Assembly (NCBI GenBank): GCA_030527385.1 | Contig: JAUNAY010000001.1 | Location: forward strand, 1-32,067 | DNA length: 32,067 nt | Source of the DNA: Fusobacterium sp. | GTDB taxonomy: Bacteria; Fusobacteriota; Fusobacteriia; Fusobacteriales; Fusobacteriaceae | Direction of reading: 5' to 3' | Shown here: in pieces, positions 8,660-18,684 of the stretch | Numbering within the stretch: the first letter of the stretch is position 1 | Layout of the letters: each line of letters begins with the position of its first letter | Program-made: the position numbers and the translations under genes | Notes under the pieces: model-generated | The model's input: only the letters and a program-made list of their open reading frames with translations | Database searches by the model: none | Told to the model about the DNA's origin: nothing

Positions 8660-10642
8660 CTAATCTTTTAAATATTTTTCAAACCAGTTAGTCATCTCTT
8701 CTAATCTTCTAACTCTATGTCTAGGTTTTCCACTTCTTGAAAGTTCGTGATTTTCTCCTCTAAACATACAAAGTCTTGCTTCAACTCCGTGATATTTTAA
8801 TGAAGTGAACATTTGTATTCCTTCTGCTAACCAGCATCTATAATCCTCTTCTGAATGAATAAATAGAGTAGGTGTCTTAACTCTATCTGCATATTTCATA
8901 GGAGAGTGCCACCATAATTTATCGTGTTCTACCCAAGGACTTGAAGCATTTTGATCAGCATTAAAATAATATCCTATATCTGTTGTTCCAAATTTAGAGA
9001 TCCAGTTAGCTATACTTCTTTGAGAAGCTGCACATCTAAATCTATCTGTATGTCCAATTATCCAGTTTGTCATAAATCCACCATATGATCCACCAGTTAC
9101 TCCAACTCTGTCAGCTTTTATTGGATATTTTTCTAGTACTACATCTGTAAATTTCATTAGATCATCATAGTCAACTGTTCCATATTTTCCTCTGATATCT
9201 GCAAAAGCATTTCCTCTTCCATCTCCACCTCTTGGGTTACAGAAAAATACGAAATACCCCATATTTGCCCATACTTGCATCTCGTGATAGAATACTTCTC
9301 CATACACTGTTTTAGGTCCACCGTGAATATCTAAAATTGCAGGGTAAGTTTCTCCATCTTTATAATCTGTTGGTTTTAATACCCAACCCTCTATTTCCAT
9401 TCCAGCATCATTAATAAAATTACATTTTTCTGGAACAGCTAATTTTTTATCAGTATATACATTTTCATTAAATTTAGTTAGTTGAATCTCTTCATCTTTA
9501 ACTACATCGTATATTTCTTGTAATTTTAGTCCTCTAAGTCCTGCAAAAATAATTTTTCCATCATATATATCATATACATCTACTGTTCCATTTGCTTTTG
9601 TTAAAACAGTTTCATTTCCTTCAAGATCTATACTATTTAGGAAAGAATCTTTATTTACAGTTGTTGGGAAATACAGTTTATTGTCAACTACTCTATACCC
9701 TTTTCCTCCTCCATATTTGCAGTCAGTTCCAACTGTATTTAACATCCAAGTATCGTGTTTTTTTAATAAAACTGCTTCTCCATCTTTTAAAGTATAGAAA
9801 CTAGGGTTTTGATTTAATCCATATTCTTTACAATCATTTAAAGAACAGATTACTGTATCTCCTATAAATTCAGCAAAACTTACTCTAAAATCTTTTTTAG
9901 GAAGTAAAGTTTCTGTTGCTCCTGTTTCTATATTGTAGCAATAAATTCCCTCTCTTTGCTCCATTTTTCCTTCATATTCATTTCCAACATAAAGAACTTT
10001 TCCATCTTTATATGAAAAATATGTAACTGCCATTAATTCAGAAGTGATTGGAGTGGCTTTTTTTTCTACTCTATTGTATAAATAAAGTCTATTTCTCTTT
10101 TTATTTACAAAACCTCCACCATTGCTCCAGAAAGGAATTTCATCTAATACTTCATAATCTTTGTTTTCTTGAAATCTTTTAACTGCTTCTGCTCTTTCTT
10201 CTCCAGTTAAAGAGTTTATATCTTCTCTATAATTGTCATATTTAGCTGTTAGTATAAAATTATCTTTATCTATAACTCTTATTGCAGTAACTGTCAAAGG
10301 TATATCCATATACTTATCAGCTTCTCCACCATTTATACTTATAGCATAATATGATGTCCAAGTTTCCCCTTGACTTACTTTTTCACTTATTTTTTTATCT
10401 CTATTAGCTGGAAACAAAATAGTTGAATCATCTAACCATAAGAATGTTCTTTCCTCATTAAGTCCAGTTAATTTGCTATATTTTTTTGTTACATTATCTA
10501 AAAGCCAAATATTTGATTGATAATTGTTATTATCATAATCTGCCTTATGCACTATAAATCCTGTTTTTTCTCCATTTGGTGAAATCTCAAGATTAGAAAT
10601 ATATTTGTAATCTAAAAAATCTCTTAATTTTAAATTTTCCAT
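8660..10642 (-). CDS. S9 family serine peptidase (acylaminoacyl/dipeptidyl peptidase-like)
   Basis: IHGGP, GGSYGG nucleophile, EEDYRC and ENHELSRSG triad motifs; propeller-like N-terminus; no signal peptide. Confidence 0.92.
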   Translation of the reverse strand: MENLKLRDFLDYKYISNLEISPNGEKTGFIVHKADYDNNNYQSNIWLLDNVTKKYSKLTGLNEERTFLWLDDSTILFPANRDKKISEKVSQGETWTSYYAISINGGEADKYMDIPLTVTAIRVIDKDNFILTAKYDNYREDINSLTGEERAEAVKRFQENKDYEVLDEIPFWSNGGGFVNKKRNRLYLYNRVEKKATPITSELMAVTYFSYKDGKVLYVGNEYEGKMEQREGIYCYNIETGATETLLPKKDFRVSFAEFIGDTVICSLNDCKEYGLNQNPSFYTLKDGEAVLLKKHDTWMLNTVGTDCKYGGGKGYRVVDNKLYFPTTVNKDSFLNSIDLEGNETVLTKANGTVDVYDIYDGKIIFAGLRGLKLQEIYDVVKDEEIQLTKFNENVYTDKKLAVPEKCNFINDAGMEIEGWVLKPTDYKDGETYPAILDIHGGPKTVYGEVFYHEMQVWANMGYFVFFCNPRGGDGRGNAFADIRGKYGTVDYDDLMKFTDVVLEKYPIKADRVGVTGGSYGGFMTNWIIGHTDRFRCAASQRSIANWISKFGTTDIGYYFNADQNASSPWVEHDKLWWHSPMKYADRVKTPTLFIHSEEDYRCWLAEGIQMFTSLKYHGVEARLCMFRGENHELSRSGKPRHRVRRLEEMTNWFEKYLKD

Positions 10643-10684
10643 AGCTGTCCCCCTTATAGTTTTATATTTGTCCTACTAACCCTA

Positions 10685-10713
10685 ATTATAACTTATAACT
10701 ATCTATATTACAA
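10685..10713 (-). promoter_or_regulatory. Sigma70-type promoter for the S9 peptidase
   Basis: TTGTAA-N17-TATAAT. Confidence 0.55.
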
Positions 10714-10835
10714 TTATTTTTATTCCTTTATTCCCTCTTTTTACTATTTGTATTTTTTTGTTTTATCTTTTTATAAAATTAAGTTATAATCTAATTAGAA
10801 AATAATATTTTAATTACTTAAATAGGAGCAGAAAA

Positions 10836-13310
10836 ATGTATTTAAAAGCAGTAGAAATTTTTGGATTCAAATCTTTTGGTGAAAAAGTTTATATAGAGTT
10901 TAACAAGGGAATAACATCAATTGTAGGACCTAATGGAAGTGGAAAATCAAATATTCTTGATGCTGTATTATGGGTATTAGGAGAACAATCATATAAAAAC
11001 ATAAGAGCAAAAGAGAGTGCTGACATCATATTTTCTGGTGGAAAAGATAAAAAACCTATGAATTCAGCAGAAGTTTCACTTTTTATTGACAATAGTGATT
11101 CTTTTCTTCCAATAGAAAATAGTGAAATAAAAATAACTAGAAAAATATTTTCAAATGGTGAAAATGAATATTATATAAATGATATTAAAACTAGATTAAA
11201 AGATATTGGAAATCTTTTTTTGGATACTGGAGTTGGAAAAAGTGCTTATTCCGTAATTGGTCAAGGAAAAGTTGAACGTATTATAGGTTCATCTTCTAAA
11301 GAGATAAAAGGAATTATTGAAGAAGCAGCTGGAATTAAAAAATTTCAACAAAAGAAAAATGAAGCTTCTAAAAACCTAAATAATGTTGAGCTTGAATTAG
11401 AAAAAATTGAATTAGTACTAAATGAGGTTAAAGAAAATAGAGATAGAGTTGAAAAACAAGCTGGAAAAGCTCAAGAATATCTTAATTTAAAAGATGAAAA
11501 AGACAGTCTTGCCAAAGGAATTTATAGTGCTGAATTCAATGAAAGAAAAAAGATTCTTGATGATGAAAAACTATTAAAAGAAAATCTACTAAGTGAAATT
11601 AATAGTTATGAAACTACATTTAAAGAGATTGAAAATAGATTAGATGAGATTGAAAGAGAAAAGTTAAGATTAAATAAAGAGATTGAAGAAATAAGTAACA
11701 AAAATCAAGAGTTAAAAAATGAAATTGAGGTTAAGGAAAGAGAAAAAGTTAAACTTAATGAAAGAAGTGCAGGATATAAAAGAGAACTTGAAGATCGTTA
11801 TGAAAGAGTTAAAAACAGCAATTTTAAACTAAATGAAAAAGAAATTCTTTTAAAAACTCTTGCAGAAGAAAAAGAGGAGTTAAAAATTAAAATAAAATCT
11901 CTTGCAGAAGAAAATATTCTATTTGAAAATGAGGTAAAAAAATTAACTGACTCTAAGAAGGAGTTTGAACTGGGAATAGAATCTAAGAAAAAAAGAGTAA
12001 TGGAGCTAGAAATTGAAAAAATGAAGCTTCTTAATGAAATTGAAAATTCTAGCAGAAGAATTAAAGGAAGCAACTCTAAAGTTAATAATTTAAAAGAGGA
12101 ATTAGAATCTTATGATAAAAAATTAATTTTAATATCTCAAGATATTGAAAAAGCTAAAAATAACAAAGATAATAAAGAAAAAAAACTGATTGAGATAGAG
12201 GAAAGAGGAAAATTTTTAGAAGAAGAAATTAGCAAAATAAGTAAACAAAGTAATAGACTTTCTGAAATTTTAAGAAGTTCAGAATATGATGAAAAAAGAT
12301 TTTCTGCCAAATTACAATCACTTTTAAGAATGGAAGAGAATAATGAAGGATTTTTTAAAGGAGTTAAAGAAGTTTTAAATAGCAAAATATCTGGGATAGA
12401 AGGAGTATTTATCTCTTTAATAAATGTTCCTGAAAAATTTGAAAAAGCTATCGAAGCTGGAGTTCCTGGAAACATTCAAGATATTGTAGTAGACACTGGA
12501 GAAACTGCAAAAAAAGCTATCTCCTTTTTAAAAGAAAGAAAAGCTGGAAAAGCTTCTTTTTTAGCATTAGATACAATAAAGGTATCTCCTAAAAAAGAGA
12601 TAAATATCAATCTTTCTGGAGTTATAGGACGTGCTTCTGATCTTGTACAAGTTCAAGATAAATATAAAATTGTTGTTGATTTTGTTCTTGGAAATCTTTT
12701 GGTTGTAGATAACATTGATACAGCATTAAAAATTATAAAAAATAATAGTTTTATGGGAAATGTTGTAACTTTAGGAGGAGAACTATTAAGTTCAAGAGGT
12801 AGAATTACTGGAGGAGATTTAGGTAATTCAACTGCTAATCAAATTTTTGAAAGAAAAAAAGAGATAAGAAGTTTAAAAGAGAGTGTCAATAGATTACACG
12901 AAACTATAAAAAATAGTATCATTGAGCAAAATAATCTAAGCAAGACTCTTGAAAAATTTGAAAATGAAATTGATAAAATTGACTCTTTAGAAGACGGAAC
13001 TAGAAAACAACTAAAATTAGCTGAAGAACTTTATAATGATTATATTTTAAAAAGAGAAAGAATTGAAAAAGATAGACGTATTGTTAAAGTTGAATTAGAA
13101 GAAGAGGAAAAATATAGTAGTGAATTTGAAAAAAGAATCACAAACTCTAAAAATGAAAGGGAAAAAATAGAATTAATTATCTCTAATATTAAATTAGATC
13201 AAGATAAAGAAGAAAAAGAGATTGTCAATTTAACTTCCTTAATTGAAGAGAAAAAAAATAAATTTTCTGATGTTAGGATCCTTTATATGAATGCAAAGAA
13301 AAAGATTTAA
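10836..13310 (+). CDS. smc: Chromosome segregation protein SMC, N-terminal part (head N-lobe, arm, hinge); interrupted by a frameshift
   Basis: GFKSF, Walker A GPNGSGKSN, Q-loop IGQG, EEAAG, coiled coil, hinge GFFKGVKEVL...GRITGG. Stops at 13308-13310. Confidence 0.95.
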   Translation: MYLKAVEIFGFKSFGEKVYIEFNKGITSIVGPNGSGKSNILDAVLWVLGEQSYKNIRAKESADIIFSGGKDKKPMNSAEVSLFIDNSDSFLPIENSEIKITRKIFSNGENEYYINDIKTRLKDIGNLFLDTGVGKSAYSVIGQGKVERIIGSSSKEIKGIIEEAAGIKKFQQKKNEASKNLNNVELELEKIELVLNEVKENRDRVEKQAGKAQEYLNLKDEKDSLAKGIYSAEFNERKKILDDEKLLKENLLSEINSYETTFKEIENRLDEIEREKLRLNKEIEEISNKNQELKNEIEVKEREKVKLNERSAGYKRELEDRYERVKNSNFKLNEKEILLKTLAEEKEELKIKIKSLAEENILFENEVKKLTDSKKEFELGIESKKKRVMELEIEKMKLLNEIENSSRRIKGSNSKVNNLKEELESYDKKLILISQDIEKAKNNKDNKEKKLIEIEERGKFLEEEISKISKQSNRLSEILRSSEYDEKRFSAKLQSLLRMEENNEGFFKGVKEVLNSKISGIEGVFISLINVPEKFEKAIEAGVPGNIQDIVVDTGETAKKAISFLKERKAGKASFLALDTIKVSPKKEININLSGVIGRASDLVQVQDKYKIVVDFVLGNLLVVDNIDTALKIIKNNSFMGNVVTLGGELLSSRGRITGGDLGNSTANQIFERKKEIRSLKESVNRLHETIKNSIIEQNNLSKTLEKFENEIDKIDSLEDGTRKQLKLAEELYNDYILKRERIEKDRRIVKVELEEEEKYSSEFEKRITNSKNEREKIELIISNIKLDQDKEEKEIVNLTSLIEEKKNKFSDVRILYMNAKKKI

Positions 13311-13330
13311 TCTTAGAAGAGAAAAAAATT

Positions 13331-14308
13331 ATGAATGAAAAGATAGCTTTTCTTGAAAAAGAGATACAAGAATTAATTTCAAAAGCTGATATTCTTGAAA
13401 AAGAGGTAAGTGAAAAGATAATCAAATATGAAAATGAAAATAGTGAAGTTTCTACTAGAAAAACTACTTTTGAAACTCTTAACAATGAGGAGAGAGAGTT
13501 AAATAAAAATAGAAAAGAGACTGAAAGTTATCTTCTTCACAAAAAAGATAGTTTTAACAGAGTAGATGAAAGTCTTGAAAGAAATAAAAGAGAGATTGAA
13601 AAATTAGAAGAAAATCTTTTAGCTCTTAATGAGGTAAATTATGTTGAAATTGATTATTCCCAAATAAAAGAGCTAAAAGAAAAATTAAGAACTCTTGAAA
13701 ATAGATTAAAAAATTTCCAAGCTGTAAATTTACTAGCTATTGAAGAGTTTAAAGAGCTTAACCAAAAATTTATATTTTTAAACTCACAAAAAGAGGATTT
13801 AACAAAAGGAAAAAATGTACTTTTAAATCTTATAGTTGAAATTGATGATACTATTCATAAAAGATTTTTTAAAGCATACAATGAAATTGATAAAAACTTT
13901 AACCAAATATGTAGAGAAACTCTTAATAACTCAGAAGGAAAACTTTTAATAAATAACTCTGATGACTTTGATAACTGTGGAGTTGAAATATTTGTAAAAT
14001 TTGGAAATAAAAAAAGACAAACTCTTTCTTTATTGTCTGGTGGAGAAAAATCTATGGTTGCAATAGCGTTTATAATGGCAATATTTATGTATAAACCTAG
14101 TCCTTTTACTTTCTTAGATGAAATTGAAGCTGCTCTTGATGAAAAAAATACTAAAAAATTAATTGGAAAATTAAAAGAATTTACAGATAGATCTCAATTT
14201 ATTCTAATTACCCATAACAAAGATACTATGAGGGAATCAGAATCTATTTTTGGAGTAACTATGAATAAGGAAATTGGTATTTCTAAAATCGTTCCTGTTA
14301 AATTTTAA
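13331..14308 (+). CDS. smc: SMC C-terminal part in the -1 frame (frame open from 13277)
   Basis: VNLLAIEEF, signature LSGGE, Walker B/D-loop FLDEIEAALD, QFILITH. Confidence 0.95.
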   Translation: MNEKIAFLEKEIQELISKADILEKEVSEKIIKYENENSEVSTRKTTFETLNNEERELNKNRKETESYLLHKKDSFNRVDESLERNKREIEKLEENLLALNEVNYVEIDYSQIKELKEKLRTLENRLKNFQAVNLLAIEEFKELNQKFIFLNSQKEDLTKGKNVLLNLIVEIDDTIHKRFFKAYNEIDKNFNQICRETLNNSEGKLLINNSDDFDNCGVEIFVKFGNKKRQTLSLLSGGEKSMVAIAFIMAIFMYKPSPFTFLDEIEAALDEKNTKKLIGKLKEFTDRSQFILITHNKDTMRESESIFGVTMNKEIGISKIVPVKF

Positions 14309-14388
14309 ATTTTTATGAAAAAAAACTTTGATTTTTTTAAATATAGAGGTAAAATAAAAAGACAGGATAAAAAAGATATTGAGGGGTA

Positions 14389-15426
14389 ATGATGAGGATA
14401 TTATCGTTTATATATTATTTAATTACTTCCCTGAGAAATTTTCTTTATGATAAAGGTATATTTAGAGTGAAAAAAGTTCCAGGAGTAGAAATAATATGCA
14501 TAGGAAACATTACAGTGGGAGGAACTGGAAAAACCCCAGCTGTACAATATTTTTCAAAAAGATTACAAAAAATGGGACGAAAGGTTGCAGTTGTCTCAAG
14601 AGGATATAGAGGAAAAAGGAAGAGAGAACCTCTTCTAGTTAGTGACGGCCGAGAAATTTTTGCTACTACTAGAGAAAGTGGAGATGAACCTTTTTTACAC
14701 GCTCTCAATCTTAATAAAATTCCTATTATTGTAAGTTCTGATAGATACAAAGGTTGTCTTTTTGCTAAAAAACATTTTAATGTAGATACAATTATTCTTG
14801 ATGATGGATTTCAACATAGAAAATTAGGACGTGATCGTGATATTGTTCTTATTGATGCTACTAACCCTTTTGGTTGGGGAAAACTTCTTCCTTTAGGAAT
14901 GTTGAGAGAAGATTTTAAAAAAGGAGCTAAGAGAGCTAGTGAGTTTATAATTACAAAATCTGATTTGGTAAGTGAACGAGAAGTAGAAAGAATAAAAAAA
15001 TATTTAAAGAAAAAATTAAATAAAGAGGTTTCTACTGCAAAACACGGAGTAACTTCTCTTTGTGATCTAAAAGGAAATGCAAAGCCACTGTTTTGGATAA
15101 AAGATAAAAGAGTTTTACTTTTTTCTGGACTTGCGAACCCTCTTAATTTTGAAAAAACTGTAATATCTTTAGAGCCATCTTATATTGAAAGAGTAGATTT
15201 TATGGATCACCACAATTTTAAGAAAAAAGATATTGAACTTATTCAAAAACGTGCTGAAAGTATGCAAGCTTCTTATATAATTACAACTGAAAAAGATTTA
15301 GTAAAACTTCCAAGAGATTTATCAATCAATAATCTCTTTGTATTAAAAATAGAGTTTACTTTATTAGAAGATAATAGTTTAAAGGATTTGGAGGAAAAAA
15401 CAAATAATGACTCAAACAATAATTAA
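14389..15426 (+). CDS. lpxK: Tetraacyldisaccharide 4'-kinase
   Basis: GNITVGGTGKTP, SRGY, GDEP, LDDGFQH and TTEKD motifs. Confidence 0.96.
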   Translation: MMRILSFIYYLITSLRNFLYDKGIFRVKKVPGVEIICIGNITVGGTGKTPAVQYFSKRLQKMGRKVAVVSRGYRGKRKREPLLVSDGREIFATTRESGDEPFLHALNLNKIPIIVSSDRYKGCLFAKKHFNVDTIILDDGFQHRKLGRDRDIVLIDATNPFGWGKLLPLGMLREDFKKGAKRASEFIITKSDLVSEREVERIKKYLKKKLNKEVSTAKHGVTSLCDLKGNAKPLFWIKDKRVLLFSGLANPLNFEKTVISLEPSYIERVDFMDHHNFKKKDIELIQKRAESMQASYIITTEKDLVKLPRDLSINNLFVLKIEFTLLEDNSLKDLEEKTNNDSNNN

Positions 15427-16225
15427 TGATGATAAAATAATTTCTACAATAAAAGAAAATGATAAAAATTATATTCTTTCTCTTTTAGCTGAAAATGGTA
15501 AAATTTATACTCTTTCTACTTTTGCTTCACTTTTAGATAAGAGAGCATATTTTACAATTAACAAAGAAGGAGAATTAAAAAGAAAAGATAACAATTTAAT
15601 AGTTCCTTTTTTTGCTTATTGCAACGACAATGAATTATTAGCTCAAACTATTTTAGAAAAATCTGATTTAAAAGAGAGAAATAAAATTAGTAAAATTAAT
15701 AGATTTTCAAATATTGATGAAGAAAAATTAAAAGAAAATTTCTTAAAGACTCTTACAAATGGAGGCTTAGAATTTTCTTTAAAGTATGGAAAAGAACTTT
15801 TTTTAAGAAGTAAAGATGAATTTTTTAAAACTGCTCTATTTTTTAGTTTAATGGGAGAGTTAAAAAGTTTAAAATCTCTTGTTGTTTTAGGATTTAAAAA
15901 ACTTATGAGTAATCAAGAATATAATGAAAATTTGTTATATCTAGTTATATCTTTTTTAACTAAATATAGAGATAATTTTTATTTTTATGAAGTTGCTGAA
16001 ACAGCAGAGAAAAATTTTGATATAAAAGAGTTTTTAGAAAGTAATAAAAACATCTTAAATAGTAAAGAAGGACTTGGTGCTTTATCTTCTCTAGTTGCTA
16101 TTAAAGAGTTAGAAGCGAATAAACAAGAAAAATTTATCCAAAAAATAAATAACGAGTTAACTTCACTAAAAAAATTAACTCCTTTAAATAGTACAGAAGA
16201 GTATCTACTAACATTTTTTCTATAA
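15407..16225 (+). CDS. Hypothetical protein, soluble and probably helical
   Basis: 272-aa ORF with GGAGG SD, overlapping the lpxK stop by 20 nt; host-like codon usage; no motif recognised. Confidence 0.8.
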   Translation: MTQTIINDDKIISTIKENDKNYILSLLAENGKIYTLSTFASLLDKRAYFTINKEGELKRKDNNLIVPFFAYCNDNELLAQTILEKSDLKERNKISKINRFSNIDEEKLKENFLKTLTNGGLEFSLKYGKELFLRSKDEFFKTALFFSLMGELKSLKSLVVLGFKKLMSNQEYNENLLYLVISFLTKYRDNFYFYEVAETAEKNFDIKEFLESNKNILNSKEGLGALSSLVAIKELEANKQEKFIQKINNELTSLKKLTPLNSTEEYLLTFFL

Positions 16226-16237
16226 GGGGGAAAGAAT

Positions 16238-16690
16238 ATGCTTGAATATTTTAATAACAAACTTATCACTGTGATTGATGGAAGACATACAAAAGATGAA
16301 GTCTTAAATATGATGGTAGATCTAATAGCAAAAAATAGTGATGCTCTACCTAATAAAGATGAGTTTTTAGAAAATATACTTAATCGTGAAAAAGTGGGAA
16401 GTACTGGCATAGGAATGGGAATTGCTCTTCCACACGCCAGATGTGAAAATATTAAAAAAATTGTTGTGGCTGTTGCCCTTTTAAAAGAAAGTATCAATTT
16501 TAACTCTCTTGATGGAGAAAATGTAAAACTTCTTGTAATGGTAGGAGCTCCTAAAAACCAAGGAAGTGAATATTTATCTCTTGTTGGAACTTTGATGAGA
16601 GCTTTTAGAAATAAAAAGTCAAGAAATACTCTTTTTGAAGCTTCTAATCAACAGGAATTGATTGAAGCTATTGCGGAGTTGAATAGATAA
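16238..16690 (+). CDS. Stand-alone PTS EIIA (PtsN/fructose-mannitol type)
   Basis: REKVGSTGIGMGIALPHAR, containing the phosphorylatable His. Confidence 0.9.
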   Translation: MLEYFNNKLITVIDGRHTKDEVLNMMVDLIAKNSDALPNKDEFLENILNREKVGSTGIGMGIALPHARCENIKKIVVAVALLKESINFNSLDGENVKLLVMVGAPKNQGSEYLSLVGTLMRAFRNKKSRNTLFEASNQQELIEAIAELNR

Positions 16691-16693
16691 AAA

Positions 16694-17263
16694 ATGAAAA
16701 TTGGTATTTATGGGGGAAGTTTTAATCCTATACATTTTGGACATATTAAAATAGTAAATTATGTATTGGAACAATTAAATCTTGATAAAATTCTTGTTAT
16801 TCCTGTTGGAACTCCCTCTCACAGAGAAAATAATTTAGTATCTGGGGAGTTTAGACTAAAGATGTGTGAGCTTGCTTTTGAAAATTCTCAAAAAATTGAG
16901 ATCTCTGATATTGAAATAAAAAGCAATTCTATCTCTTATACGATAGATACTTTAAAAAAAATTCAAAAGCTTTATGGAGAAGAAAATGAGTTTTTTGAAA
17001 TTATAGGTGAGGATTCTGCAAACTATTTTTCTAAGTGGAAAGATTATAAAGAGATTCTTGAAAAAAGCAAAGTCGTTGTCTTAAAAAGAAAGGGATACAA
17101 TAGTTTATTAATTGATAAAAATTTAATTTATTTAGATAGTCCGCTATTTAACGTATCTTCTACTTTAATAAGAGAAAATATAATCAATAATAGAGATATA
17201 TCTAAATTTCTTCCTAAAAAAATCATTGATTTTATAAGGGAGAATAAACTTTATATCTCTTAA
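16694..17263 (+). CDS. nadD: Nicotinate-nucleotide adenylyltransferase
   Basis: GGSFNPIHFGH, SYTIDT, IIGED and VSST motifs. Confidence 0.95.
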   Translation: MKIGIYGGSFNPIHFGHIKIVNYVLEQLNLDKILVIPVGTPSHRENNLVSGEFRLKMCELAFENSQKIEISDIEIKSNSISYTIDTLKKIQKLYGEENEFFEIIGEDSANYFSKWKDYKEILEKSKVVVLKRKGYNSLLIDKNLIYLDSPLFNVSSTLIRENIINNRDISKFLPKKIIDFIRENKLYIS

Positions 17264-17276
17264 TTTTGGAGGAATT

Positions 17277-17819
17277 ATGAAATTTTTAGTAATTTCAGAT
17301 ATACACGGTTCTCCTGTATATTTAGAAAAAGTTTTAAATATTTTTGAAAGCAATAATTATGATAAACTTATTCTTTTAGGAGATGAACTTTATCACGGAC
17401 CTAGAAATCCTATTCCTGAAGGATATAATCCTAAAAAAGTTATTGAAATGTTAAACCAATATAAAGAAAAAATTATAGCTGTTAGAGGAAATTGTGACAG
17501 TGAAGTTGACCAAATGATGCTTAATTTTCCTATTATGAGTGATTATCATCTAATAATTTGGAATAATAAAAAAATTTTTATTACACACGGGCATATCTAT
17601 AATAAAGATAATCCACTACCTCTTGAAAAAGGAGATATTCTTCTTTATGGACATTTTCATATACCTATGATTATTGAAGAAAATAATCATTTCTTTTTAA
17701 ATCCTGGTTCTATTACTCTTCCTAAACAAAATTCTCCACACTGTTATGGTATTTTTGAAAATAATTCTATTATTATCAGAGATACCAAAAAAAATATAAT
17801 TTTAAAAAAAGATTTTTAA
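17277..17819 (+). CDS. yfcE: YfcE-family metallophosphodiesterase
   Basis: SDIHG, LGDELYHGPRN, GNCD, THGH, GHFH and NPGS motifs. Confidence 0.9.
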   Translation: MKFLVISDIHGSPVYLEKVLNIFESNNYDKLILLGDELYHGPRNPIPEGYNPKKVIEMLNQYKEKIIAVRGNCDSEVDQMMLNFPIMSDYHLIIWNNKKIFITHGHIYNKDNPLPLEKGDILLYGHFHIPMIIEENNHFFLNPGSITLPKQNSPHCYGIFENNSIIIRDTKKNIILKKDF

Positions 17820-17829
17820 TTTTAAAAGC

Positions 17830-17865
17830 TACACTTAATCTTAATAAGATTAGGTGTATTTTTTT
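17830..17865 (+). terminator. Intrinsic terminator after yfcE
   Basis: Stem TACACTTAATCTT/AAGATTAGGTGTA followed by T7. Confidence 0.85.
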
Positions 17866-18066
17866 ATTTAACAACAAGTTAAATAAAACTTTACATAGTT
17901 TATAATTTTGTAAATACAGGTAAAATTTTAATTTTAAGTTTTTTATTTGTGTACACTTAAAAAATATAGTTGATTTTATCTAAAAACTGTGGTAAATATA
18001 ATATTAAGATAAACAGTGTATTTTAGTTTTATTAAAGTGCACACTATACTTGGAGGATGATTTACT

Positions 18067-18669
18067 TTGACACTAACAGATAGACAAAAAGAGATTATTG
18101 ACATTGTTAAAAAATACCAGCCAATAACAGGGCAAGAGATAGGAGAACGACTATTCCTAACTAGATCAGCTCTTAGAACAGATTTTTCTATTTTAACAAA
18201 AATGGGAATTTTAGAATCCAGACCCAAAGTAGGGTACACTTATATAGAAAAAAATGAGAGCGAAAAAGTAAAGGATATTATGGGACCTCCAATAACAGTG
18301 GATAGTAACCTTTCTGTTTATGAAACTATCATCAATATATTTACAAAAGATGTAGGTACTATATTTGTTACTGAAAATGATTTATTAGTAGGAGTTGTTT
18401 CAAGAAAAGACCTATTAAAAATAGCTATTGGAAAATCAGATATAGACAAAATTCCAATCAATGTAATTATGACTAGAATGCCTAATATCATCTATGTTGA
18501 AGAAAATGACAGTGTTTTAGCTAGTGTTAAAAAGCTGATTGCACATCAGATTGATTCTTTACCTGTTGTTAGAGTTGAGATTGAAAATGGAATCAAACTA
18601 TTTAAAATTGTAGGACGTTTAACAAAAACAAATATTACAAAATTGTTTATGGAATTTTTATCGAAATAA
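18067..18669 (+). CDS. ccpN: CcpN-like transcriptional regulator (HTH plus CBS pair)
   Basis: LTDRQKEII...PITGQEIGERL..TRSALRTDFSIL...RPKVGY followed by two CBS repeats; TTG start after GGAGG; directly upstream of ppdK. Confidence 0.85.
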   Translation: MTLTDRQKEIIDIVKKYQPITGQEIGERLFLTRSALRTDFSILTKMGILESRPKVGYTYIEKNESEKVKDIMGPPITVDSNLSVYETIINIFTKDVGTIFVTENDLLVGVVSRKDLLKIAIGKSDIDKIPINVIMTRMPNIIYVEENDSVLASVKKLIAHQIDSLPVVRVEIENGIKLFKIVGRLTKTNITKLFMEFLSK

Positions 18670-18684
18670 ACCAAGGAGGCTATT

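Noticed and set aside
11850-11915. Direct repeat CTCTTGCAGAAGAAAA occurring twice within smc
   Set aside because: It reflects coiled-coil periodicity (LAEE twice), not a DNA element.
10836-14308. SMC-family defence system (Wadjet/Lamassu) or a genuine two-gene SMC
   Set aside because: Canonical condensin hinge and head motifs, no jetABD-like neighbours, and no SD before the ATG at 13331.
14326-14355. Shared TTGATTTTTTT(T)AAATATA between the putative lpxK and trxA promoters
   Set aside because: A low-complexity match that a -35 box plus an AT-rich spacer explains.
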